A stretch of 63,822 nucleotides of DNA, filler included, from Octopus bimaculoides (taxonomy: Eukaryota), in assembly GCF_001194135.2 (NCBI RefSeq). It is 4 parts of 4 records of this genome, joined end to end, with 100 filler letters (N's around TTAATTAATTAA, not from the genome) between each part and the next. Parts side by side here need not be neighbours in the genome. Positions count along the whole stretch, not along the records: positions 1 to 13,092 come from NC_068988.1; 3 more parts are not named here. One strand, written 5' to 3'. Below are positions 1-10,141 of the stretch, one piece after another; the first letter of the stretch is position 1; every line of letters begins with the position of its first letter. Below the pieces are notes generated by a model. The model saw only the letters and a program-made list of their open reading frames with translations. It was not told where the DNA came from and did not search any database. A program made the position numbers and the translations under genes.

Positions 1-51
<51 letters not shown>

Positions 52-189
52 GTGTGCGTGTGTGTGTGTATGCATGTACGTATTTATATATAAATATATA
101 TATGCATGTGTATATATACATGTTAATATGTGTGTGTGTGCGTGCGTGTGTGTATGTATATATATTTTTCTTTTTTCATATTTTTCATT

Positions 190-345
190 CTCTCTTTGTG
201 TGCTTAATTTCTCTTATTCTTTTCTGCTGAAGAGCATAGGCTCGAAATGTAAAAGACCTTTTCATTTTCCCGAGCGTCAAACTAATACACCTGCTTGTTG
301 TTCATACACCTGTCTTCGCGTTTTGTTTTTGTATAAATTTCAACT
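190..345 (+). mobile_element. Dispersed repeat carrying a minimal hammerhead-like motif (Penelope-like, inferred)
   Basis: Reverse-complement copies at ~46080-46330 and ~49947-50005. Motif CTGAAGA-GCATAGGCTC-GAAATGTA at 227-251. Confidence 0.55.
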
Positions 346-770
346 ATGTATATGTATATATATATATATATNNNNNNNNNNNNNNNNNNNNNNNNNNNNN
401 NNNNNNNNNNNNNNNNNNNNNNNNNNNNNNNNNNNNNNNNNNNNNNNNNNNNNNNNNNNNNNNNNNNNNNNNNNNNNNNNNNNNNNNNNNNNNNNNNNNN
501 NNNNNNNNNNNNNNNNNNNNNNNNNNNNNNNNNNNNNNNNNNNNNNNNNNNNNNNNNNNNNNNNNNNNNNNNNNNNNNNNNNNNNNNNNNNNNNNNNNNN
601 NNNNNNNNNNNNNNNNNNNNNNNNNNNNNNNNNNNNNNNNNNNNNNNNNNNNNNNNNNNNNNNNNNNNNNNNNNNNNNNNNNNNNNNNNNNNNNNNNNNN
701 NNNNNNNNNNNNNNNNNNNNNNNNNNNNNNNNNNNNNNNNNNNNNNNNNNNNNNNNNNNNNNNNNNNNNN

Positions 771-809
<39 letters not shown>

Positions 810-851
810 ATATGGTAGGCATGTATGTATGTATGTATGTATGTATGTATG

Positions 852-1772
852 TACTAGTAATTTGCTGCTCCAAGATGCACCACAAATGATCGAACATATT
901 CTGAGATACGGTTACTGAAGCGGACATGTTCCAGTTTGTTTATTTCATTTCTGTGCTCTTCTAACCAAATTTTGAAAAATAATCACTGTGTGAATTGGTA
1001 TATTTTCGCCTTAGAAGATTGCGCTACCATCAGGGAACAATGTTTGTACCATACAATGGACTCGATCAGCCAAACTACTCAGTCTCTGGGGTTTAACTCT
1101 ATCATATAAAACAACTGAAGCGCAAAGAGAATTCCCTATTCCGTGATATGGCCGCTCAATCGAGTGATGATTCATCAGAGATGACATTGTTTCGTTGGGC
1201 CACTGACTATTTCTGACGGTCCAGCCACCGTTTTCCCGCTTATCAATGTTGACGGGGGACAGGTGTAGCCTTCCCAACTTTATAGAGTTCTCGATGAACC
1301 GTTTAAGTTGACACATGCTTTGTAAGGTAGTGGCTTAGTTCTGGTGACATTTTTGTTGCCGTTCTATGGCTTTTAAGCAACGTTTCACTATTTTGCGGTT
1401 CATTTCAGTGAGCTTTGCCTTCAATTCCGTCCTGAATTATGCTTGTCAGTGCTGGTTTTACCTTGGTTTTGTAATAGCAAACATGATTTTAGCGCCATAC
1501 CCCTTCGAAACACTAAACAATGTAGTACTTTTAGCAACTGAAACTTCAATTATCCGCTCTCCAACAACGTGTCCGTCTTGAAAATCATATAGGTCACTCA
1601 TTTTAACTTATTTAAATATAAATATCTGCAAAACAAGAAATAACAGAGAGCTATATCATGAAGTACAGGGTGTATATAATGCATATAAACGCATATAAAT
1701 AGAAAAAAAATACTTAATAGAAAAAAATACTTAAATAAAACGTGTTATTTTCCAAATATTTTGTCCAACCTG
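852..1772 (-). mobile_element. Decayed Tc1-family DNA transposon (transposase pseudogene)
   Basis: Minus-strand ATG at 1601 gives MSDLYDFQDGHVVG. Further motifs: VI-SDESS, AAIS, LADRVHCMVQTLFPDGSAIF, ENIPIHT, DHLWCILEQQ. There are frameshifts and stops. The right end reads TA|CAGGTTGGACAAAATATTTGGAAAA on minus (TA at 1773-1774). The left end is lost in microsatellite and gap. Confidence 0.85.
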
Positions 1773-1804
1773 TATGTATGTTTGCATATGTATGTATATG
1801 TATG

Positions 1805-1838
<34 letters not shown>

Positions 1839-2223
1839 NNNNNNNNNNNNNNNNNNNNNNNNNNNNNNNNNNNNNNNNNNNNNNNNNNNNNNNNNNNNNN
1901 NNNNNNNNNNNNNNNNNNNNNNNNNNNNNNNNNNNNNNNNNNNNNNNNNNNNNNNNNNNNNNNNNNNNNNNNNNNNNNNNNNNNNNNNNNNNNNNNNNNN
2001 NNNNNNNNNNNNNNNNNNNNNNNNNNNNNNNNNNNNNNNNNNNNNNNNNNNNNNNNNNNNNNNNNNNNNNNNNNNNNNNNNNNNNNNNNNNNNNNNNNNN
2101 NNNNNNNNNNNNNNNNNNNNNTATGTATGTGTCATATACATTCTGGATTTATTATATATCTGTATATACACGCAAAGCTGATAGTAGTTAAAACTATTGC
2201 GATTCTCATAGACAGACACGTAC

Positions 2224-2410
2224 ACTCACTCACTCACTCACTCACTCACTCACTCACTCTCTCACTCACTCACTCACTCACTCACTCACTCACTCTTTCA
2301 CTCACTCACTCACTCACTCACTCTCTCACTCACTCACTCACACACTTTCTCTCTCACACACTTTCTCTCTCACACACTTTCTCTCTCACACACAAACACA
2401 CACGCACACA
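2224..2410. repeat. (ACTC)n / (CT)n / (CA)n compound microsatellite
   Basis: Read directly from sequence. Confidence 0.95.
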
Positions 2411-3156
2411 CACATTCAAGCATACTAATATATGCAAGTACATAAAAAAATGCAAGTACAAAAAAGCGTAGTATACAGTAGCAGAGATTAACATTTTTAT
2501 CGAAAACGTTCAAGGATGTCCTAAATATCAAATGAAGCGTCACGTGTGAGATTTGTGTTTAAACGAATTATTCTTATTGCGTCTACATGTCAACAATGAA
2601 TGACCATTATTCAGTATCAACAATGTAGATGAATGAAAATAGTTGAAGGGGAATGTTCTGCATAGTTAATACAAATACTATTGGGCTTCGCTTATATAAA
2701 ATAGTGCGATGGAAAACTTCGGTGAATTGAGATTAATTAGACAAGTAATTTGTCGAACTATTACTACCTTTTGTGGGTATTTAAAACCTAAAATTAACAA
2801 GCAAGGGAAGTAACACGAATAAGTTCAGTTGACCTTGTCTGTTTTAGTTTTTGAAAATATAAATAGATTTGTGTGAAGCTGTGAATGCAACAAACATTTT
2901 TCGATCTTAACAACTATACTGAGGTGAGTTAGGATATCTACAAATCAATTGATTTCCTGCAGCATAGGAACTGTCAGATGATACGAATGACATCACCGTG
3001 TCATAACCTTACAATAATGAAGTAGTTATGGGTGGAGAAAAATCGGGGATAGTTAAAAAAGTAAGAGGCCTTGTTAAGACTTCCTTATTTGTGTTATATA
3101 TCTTCCTTGCCTGAGGCCTTGTACTTGCAGTAGAAAGGATTATTATTATTATTATC

Positions 3157-3538
3157 ATTGGTCAACATTTAGTAGCTTCAGGCAAATTTCTACTGCATCA
3201 ACTTCTACACCACCGTGTTGCTGGGTTAGAGTAGCATCGTATGTTCTTTTTTTGTTTTTGGGAGTGTGCACTCTTCCCGGTATTGTGTTGTACCAGTTTC
3301 TTTTTATTATGAGGTGTGGTGCAATCTTTTGTTGTATTAATGTTTGTATTGTGTGTTCTGTGTAATGCATCGGTTATTTGACCTGTTGATGGAAGTTTAT
3401 TTCATTGGATATTTGCTGTATAGGCTGTCTTGTGTTTGTGGATTGATTTGTTTAGGTAGTATTAATGAATTGATGTTGCGTAGGATGTGGGCTGTTCCTA
3501 GCAGAGATATTCTTTGGGTAGTGTGTAGCGTTGCGGAT
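3157..3538 (-). mobile_element. Probable 3' remnant of an R4/Dong-like (restriction-like endonuclease) non-LTR retrotransposon
   Basis: Minus strand encodes QRISLLGTAHILR (3478-3516), resembling the Q..LLGTA.ILR C-terminus of such elements. It is followed by a UTR-like stretch ending at a (TAA)n run. Confidence 0.5.
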
Positions 3539-3657
3539 TTCTTCTTCTTCTTCTTCTTCTTCTTCTTCTTCTTCTTCTTCTTCTTCTTCTTCTTCTTCTT
3601 CTTCTTCTTCTTCTTCTTCTTCTTCTTCTTCTTCTTCTTCTTCTTCTTCTTCTTCTT
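3539..3657. repeat. (TTC)n microsatellite
   Basis: Perfect array read directly. Confidence 0.98.
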
Positions 3658-3784
3658 GAGGGTCTGTGACAACAAGTCTATTTAAAATCTCACGAATCTT
3701 CCTGAGGATTCTTGAAGAATATAGGAATTGCACTTTTCTATGTAGGTCGATAATGAAAATATAATCCTGCTTTCCTTTCTCCTC

Positions 3785-3836
3785 ACTACTCGTCATCGTT
3801 GTCATCATCATCACCATCACCGTCGTCGTCGTCGTT

Positions 3837-3872
<36 letters not shown>
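3785..3872. repeat. (CAT/CGT)n microsatellite
   Basis: Read directly. Confidence 0.95.
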
Positions 3873-3875
<3 letters not shown>

Positions 3876-3887
3876 GCTGTTTCTTTG

Positions 3888-4065
3888 CGATCGCCTTAAA
3901 AATAGCAGACAAATTTCCCACGAACCATGCTCTAGTATGTTAAAATAGAAAGATCAAATTGGATAATGTAATCCTCGGTACACATCCTAAAACATAGGAT
4001 TCCACGGCTTCTAGGGTTCATTTAGTCAGATTTGACCTAGCACTATACAACAGTAACAACAACTG
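3888..4065 (+). mobile_element. Decayed SINE-like tail fragment; related copy at ~21980-22170
   Basis: Both copies share aaatagca(g/a)ac, ttggataat and tgacct...acaac(a/g) ends. Confidence 0.35.
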
Positions 4066-4100
4066 CAATATGATCAGTATAATTCAAATTGTAACTCAAG

Positions 4101-4122
4101 TTTTTTTTCTCTTCTTATACAG
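4101..4122 (+). promoter_or_regulatory. Splice acceptor (polypyrimidine tract plus AG), implying an upstream non-coding exon
   Basis: ttttttttctcttcttatacAG|G lies 78 nt before the first in-frame ATG. Confidence 0.7.
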
Positions 4123-4200
4123 GTCAGGATGCTAATATAAGTTTCGGAACAATAGTTCAAGTTAATTCGAATCATATTCATTAACGCCATCCCTATCACA

Positions 4201-4906
4201 ATGGATTGGTTATGGCGCAGTTGCCACAAAATGAAACTCAATATATTTTTCTTTATTTTATTTTGTTTTCACAAATGTCTGTCGAAAACAGAAGTTCAAA
4301 TTGCCTCCATACTACCTCGGAAGAATACTTTTTTATTTTCCATTGACCGAATGAAACCAGCTTTAGAACTGGGCATCGAATGGGTCATGCAGGATACATA
4401 TCTAAAAGAGCATTTTAACTTTCACGTGATATTCGCTGACTCAAACTGTTCTATTGCCGAAGCAATGCATCAAGCGATAGAAATTTACATGAACAAATCT
4501 GTAAATGTCTTCTTTGGCCCTGCTTGTAATTTTGCAGTTGCACCAATTGCTCGCCAAGTAAAATTCTGGAATACACCCCTAGTAAGTATTGGTGCTACGG
4601 CCCGGGATTTTTCCTTATATAAAAATAAGTACTACCCCTTACTCACTCGGGTCGGACCCGCTAACTTGAATTATCTTCCCGGCATCATTGCGCACGCCAT
4701 GGATCACTATAAATGGAAAATATTAAAGTTGCTTTATTATGAGGGTGGGTTTGAATCAATTTCTAAATTATTTTGTAAGCTTGTTACGGAATCCCTTCAT
4801 TACGAAATACGCAATTTTGTTGAAAACATACAAACGGATTATTACAAGATGGACGACAAAAATATTTCGGAAACACTCATGAATGAAATTGGAAACAAAT
4901 ATGCAG
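4201..4906 (+). CDS. First coding exon of a natriuretic peptide receptor / receptor guanylyl cyclase-like protein (signal peptide plus N-terminal part of the ANF-receptor ligand-binding domain)
   Basis: Stop-free ORF with family-like motifs: SIDRMKPALELGIE, DSNCSIAEAMHQAI, VNVFFGPACNFAVAPIARQVKFWNTPLVSIGA, YPLLTRVGP, HYKWK. Hydrophobic leader MKLNIFFFILFCFHKCLS starts at the ATG at 4231; another in-frame ATG is at 4201. Acceptor ttttttttctcttcttatacAG at 4101-4122; donor G|GTAAGT at 4906/4907 (phase 1). Cyclase-bearing versus NPR-C-like cannot be decided from this exon. Confidence 0.9.
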
Positions 4907-5064
4907 GTAAGTAAGCGAATTTCATTGTTATTGTGTATTTGTTATATTTCCCTTATTGCCTAAGATAGTAAGCTTTTCTTAGAGTTAATTCATAAACTGA
5001 ATTTTGCCATCATACACACACATACACACGTATGCACACACATACATATATGTATATATACATA

Positions 5065-5520
5065 CAGGTCGTCGTCGACTTACGACTACAGTTGGTTCCG
5101 ACTGACTGGTCGTAAGTTGATTTGGTCATAAGTCGGCCTATAGGCCTACATAGCTTTGTTTTATATTTTTACATTCTTAAGGCATATCCTCAGGTAAAAG
5201 TCAAATACAGCATTCTGTATTAGATAATTATACTGGCGTTAGTCAAAAATTTCGGAGTCTCAAACAGTCATCTTATAAACAAATATGAGGTTGCCTCGAT
5301 GTCTCCGCAACAGGATAGTCATCCAACACAGTAGCGATCGATAATCAAACCTATGGGAAGCGTTTGTTAGCTAACATCATCCATAGATGGGTTAATTTCT
5401 AAGAAATTAAGCCCATTAGATTTCAACTAGACTATTTATTATTGCTGCCGGAAGCTGGCGCGCCAATCGTCGTAAAGTCGATCGGTCGTAAGTCGGCTAG
5501 CTCGAAAGTCAACGACGACT

Positions 5521-5522
<2 letters not shown>
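5065..5522. mobile_element. pogo/Tigger-type MITE
   Basis: Left TA|CAGGTCGTCGTCGACTTACGAC; right GAAAGTCAACGACGACTTC|TA. Imperfect TIRs, TA on both sides, subterminal gtcgtaagt repeats, no ORF. Confidence 0.8.
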
Positions 5523-5563
<41 letters not shown>

Positions 5564-5564
5564 G

Positions 5565-5597
<33 letters not shown>

Positions 5598-5627
5598 ATG
5601 TGTGTGAGTGTATATATGTGTGTGTGT

Positions 5628-5688
<61 letters not shown>

Positions 5689-5764
5689 ATATAAATAATA
5701 TATATATGCATATATACATACATATATGTGCATACTTACATATATATGTATGTACATATGCATA

Positions 5765-6060
5765 GAGGGTCACAGGACATCACAGAACGTAAACAACATG
5801 AAATACGAAAACGTGAAGTACGAACTTTTTTTTGCGAACAACGAAAGAAACAAATGGAAAAAAAAGACAAGCAGCATAACGAACGACCCTTCGGCTGTTT
5901 TCTACTTCCTATTTCGAGCAATTCACGACAAGATACGCCTTCGACAAAACATTTGCTCCCGCAAAGCAAATTAAAATAAAATTTGGGATTTTTGCCGAGG
6001 GTCAAAGTTGGTAACAAAAACAGGACAGAGAAAACAAACGGGAAGGGATGCTAAGCCTAA
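5765..6060. mobile_element. Unclassified dispersed repeat; copies at ~36720-36990 and ~50970-51300
   Basis: All three share aacatgaaat.cgaaaac / aaacata, aaaataaaatttgggattt and aacaaaaacaggacag. Confidence 0.75.
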
Positions 6061-6625
6061 ACGACGTGAAGTAACGAACGCTGGAGGAAGAAACTCTGAC
6101 AGGAGATAGACAAGAATGCGTCTGATCCCTACAGCTGATCGGAAGGAAAGAAAGAAATTCAAGTTGGGAAAAGAAAGATGGCCGATGGTTACGTGCGAGC
6201 AACGAGAGAGCAAAAGAGGAAGACTGAGGGAGAATGGGACAGACAGAGAACGGCATGGAATCTCTTGATGACAAGGTAACCTTCATTTGACTAAAGTATC
6301 TTTGAACTGACGAGTAGCTAGTGGATTACCTTTTGTTTGGACAATTACTACTTCCGATGTTCCGTTAGCTTCGAAAGATGTAGACTGGATTTTATGTACT
6401 CCATTCCCTAAATTTAGATTTTTATTCGCATACACACCAACCTCAGCTGTTAACCGTGAATTATAAAATAGCGATTTTCAGCTTATCGAACTTCGATATG
6501 GGAATATTAACAGCCATCTATGTCAATAAATCACTATTGTTCCTGAAAGTTTTTATTTTTAAACCTTCTACCGACTACTCGAAGCTTACTAACTTCCTAT
6601 ACATTCATCCTTGGATCATACCTTT

Positions 6626-6657
<32 letters not shown>

Positions 6658-6664
6658 CCTTTAC

Positions 6665-6803
6665 TCTTTTACTTGTTTCAGTCATTTGACTGTGGCCATG
6701 CTGGAGCACCGCTTTTAGTCGAGCAAATCGACCCCAGGACTTATTCTTGGGAAGCCTAGTACTTATTCTATCGGTATCTTTTGCCGAACTGCTAAGTTAC
6801 GGG
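6665..6803 (-). mobile_element. SINE family A, 3' tail (runs into gap)
   Basis: acttgtttcagtcatttgactgtggccatgctggagcaccgc is the reverse complement of the tail of the 44664-45118 copy. Confidence 0.9.
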
Positions 6804-8154
6804 NNNNNNNNNNNNNNNNNNNNNNNNNNNNNNNNNNNNNNNNNNNNNNNNNNNNNNNNNNNNNNNNNNNNNNNNNNNNNNNNNNNNNNNNNNNNNNNNN
6901 NNNNNNNNNNNNNNNNNNNNNNNNNNNNNNNNNNNNNNNNNNNNNNNNNNNNNNNNNNNNNNNNNNNNNNNNNNNNNNNNNNNNNNNNNNNNNNNNNNNN
7001 NNNNNNNNNNNNNNNNNNNNNNNNNNNNNNNNNNNNNNNNNNNNNNNNNNNNNNNNNNNNNNNNNNNNNNNNNNNNNNNNNNNNNNNNNNNNNNNNNNNN
7101 NNNNNNNNNNNNNNNNNNNNNNNNNNNNNNNNNNNNNNNNNNNNNNNNNNNNNNNNNNNNNNNNNNNNNNNNNNNNNNNNNNNNNNNNNNNNNNNNNNNN
7201 NNNNNNNNNNNNNNNNNNNNNNNNNNNNNNNNNNNNNNNNNNNTGTATATATATGCGAGTAAAAATAAATACAAAAAAGGGGTTTTGTATGATTGTGTAT
7301 AGAGGAATATATTATTTTGTTTAAAAGAGTTCCAACACTGTCTGTTTTTTATGTTTTATTTATATTCCTGCAAAACCAATGTGGGATATAGAATACGGAA
7401 TATACAATATATAATATAATATACAATATATAATATAAAATAAAAATAGATGGTACAATGAAATAAAGTATTGAATGTCTTATTGAATATATGGAATATG
7501 TCTTATTGAATAGATGAAATATTGAGTGTTCAATATAAAGGATTAAATATATAAAGGCGAATACGTATTTTCTATACCTTGTGGTATTTCATCATGGCCG
7601 GTATGACAGACTGCCCGAGTATATTCAGTGTATTTGAAGCGTAAACTTCCGGAGTCACGCGAAAGGCACCTCACTTTCGTCTGTTATCTCAAAATGTATA
7701 AATGTACACGTACATATATACACTCACATATGAATACACACACTAACACACATGTACACATGTACACACAAACGTTCACACCCGCATATACCTCTGTATA
7801 ACCGAAACGCATCCCACAAACACAAGTATGCACATCGCGCACTCACACGTTGTGTAAGTATGTCCGTACACATACATAAAATAGTACTTAAAAAGCAGTT
7901 TTTTTTAAATGACTAAGAACAATTTCTAAATGAAAAAAAAAACAAAACAAACGGGTATCGGAAGGCTGATGCGTACCCTTTGCGTAGAGAAATTTTTTCG
8001 CAAATTATAGTGTGGCTTACAATGCGTTGATTACCTCTGCCTTTTAATTGAACTGAATTTTTTTTTAAGTATCACCATTATAGATGTTTATACTCCGGTG
8101 AAATTCAGAAATCAAGTCGTAAATAAACGAAACCCTCGAATCCGTCACTTTACA

Positions 8155-8185
<31 letters not shown>

Positions 8186-8343
8186 NNNNNNNNNNNNNNN
8201 NNNNNNNNNNNNNNNNNNNNNNNNNNNNNNNNNNNNNNNNNNNNNNNNNNNNNNNNNNNNNNNNNNNNNNNNNNNNNNNNNNNNNNNNNNNNNNNNNNNN
8301 NNNNNNNNNNNNNNNNNNNNNNNNNNNNNNNNNNNNNNNNNNN

Positions 8344-8380
<37 letters not shown>

Positions 8381-8575
8381 GTCGATTATCTATGTATGTA
8401 TGTCTCTTCTATTTTTTTAAACTATAAATCTTCCGCTGAAGAGGGAGCCGGTTTCCAACAAAGATACAAGTGTCCACCTTTGGGATGTAATGTATGTGTG
8501 TGTATGTATGTATGTGTGTATGTATGTATGCACACATGTCTACGTGCATAGGTACACCATGATCTATACACATGT

Positions 8576-9445
8576 ATAAATAATGTTTTTTTTTATACTT
8601 CTTTTATTTGTCAAAATTAAGATAAACAATGTTCTTTTTTAATCTAAAATATACTCTCCTTCATTTTCTAAAATGCTCTTTTATCTATCTGGTAGACTTG
8701 CATGGCCCCTCTTCCAAAATTCACTTGTCCGTGACGAAAATACTCCTCCCGCACTGCTCTGACCTCGTCTACAAAATTCATATTTTTTTACGTCCAAATG
8801 ACTTTGAAGACTGCGGAATAAATGATAATCAGATGGGGCAATGTCTGGCGAATATGGTGGGTGGAGCAACGTTTCCAATTCAAAATGCTCCTGCCTTTGG
8901 AATGTCATCCTCGCTGTATGTGGCTGAGCATTATCCTGATGGAAGAACACCTTTCGTCTTGAAGTCAAAGATGGTCATGTTTCATCTTGATGTCCAAGCT
9001 TCTCTGCTAGTTCCCCAACAGTTACGGCGGGATTTTGTTCCACCAGGATTTGAGGAAGGTCCTCGTCGATCTCTACAGCTCTTCAGAACGGGGCTCATCT
9101 TCTAGGTTGTAGTTTCCGGCTCGGAATTTCTGGAACCACCGTTTACACTGCCTTACGCTTATTGTCCGATCCCCATATACTGCATTAATATTCCTCGCAC
9201 TCTCCGTTGCGCTGTTGCTCGTATTGAACTCATAAAGCAAAAATATGCCGAATATGCTTCTTTGTCACTTCCATTATAGCTTTCACAAAATAACTGTTAA
9301 GATCGAATTGTACTCTTCAAAACTTGCTCTAAGAACAAGGTCAAGATAAAACTACTACCTGCTTTTATATCAAGTTGATGCAGGTAGTTTATCCCGTTCC
9401 TATCCATGCAATTGAAAAAGCCGCATTAATTATGGGATGACCCAA
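8576..9445 (-). mobile_element. Internally deleted mariner (DD34D) transposon
   Basis: ATG at 9274: MEVTKKHIRHILLYEFN...YGDRTISVRQCKRWFQKFRAGNYNLEDEPRS. C-terminal part RKVFFHQDNAQPHT...LHPPYSPDIAPSDYHLFRSLQ. Intact TIR TA|TTGGGTCATCCCATAATTAATGCGG at the right end (TA 9446-9447); left TIR truncated. Confidence 0.92.
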
Positions 9446-9518
9446 TAGTATGACCACTTACTAATCGGAAAATTTGTAAATTCGATCAAAAAAAAATTAA
9501 GTATCACTATTATAAGTA

Positions 9519-10141
9519 CTAGCAAATCTATCCATTACGATGGAGGCATAAAATGAGGGAGGAAAGTCATAACAGCAGTGTGTACTGAGAAATGTATAAA
9601 TTGACTTGGTAGATTACTGAGTGATGTATTAGAGAAATCACATTATTGTTGGTGATACAGCATTCTATTGCAGCTATATGATGTGTTTGCGACTAAGTGA
9701 CATGTATGACGATTCACTCCCGAATTGAAATAGGCTCCCAACCTCTGTATCATGAATAGTTATGTGGACAATGAAAGCCAGAACTTTATTCGACCACCAC
9801 ATAAAAAGTATTAAGAAAAAATGTTATTTAGATATACTTTTATTTTAGTTGTTTACACTATTTTACACTTGTTTATACTCTTTTACATTCAAAGTTCACA
9901 AATTTCCGTATTTAAATTATGAATCACATTCCTTTCGATAATACCAATATAATTACAAAACTTCCTTGTTGACGATATTTTCTGATTGGTCGACACTAAT
10001 TTTCAAATTACTCGAATCCGTTTCTCTACCGTGTGTAAACATCGGAGTGGGTAAAAATACACGTTCTAAGGTCTGGTCCTGTGCCTTGTTTGCTGTGAAT
10101 GCGCGAGCGAAATATATAGGGTTACAAAAAAAAAAAAAAAA
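9519..10141 (-). mobile_element. 3' part of a canonical Helitron, with a RepHel helicase C-terminus remnant at 9953-10125
   Basis: Minus strand reads PIYFARAFTANKAQDQTLERVFLPTPMFTHG...SSNLKI...ENIVNKEVL* (PIF1-like motif V and the Helitron NIVxKEVL end). Terminal hairpin TCCAT-cgta-ATGGA (9531-9544) lies 8 nt before CTAG|T (9519-9522). The 5' end is in the gap. Confidence 0.85.

Noticed and set aside
3000-3066. AAA|GTAAGA at 3061 as donor of the upstream non-coding exon
   Set aside because: The motif alone is too common; no promoter or transcript evidence is visible.
3208-3222. 15-nt identity (agcaacacggtggtg) between this minus-strand remnant and the LINE 3' UTR at 32397-32411
   Set aside because: A few chance 15-mer matches are expected in a 64-kb self-comparison, and the similarity does not extend.
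6300-6385. CTGACGA (6307-6313) ... GAAA (6373-6376) as a hammerhead
   Set aside because: A stem II and upstream stem III can be drawn, but only 4 nt remain for stem I, so the topology fails.
8436-8470. CTGAAGA core-like motif
   Set aside because: No stem II closed by GAAA follows.
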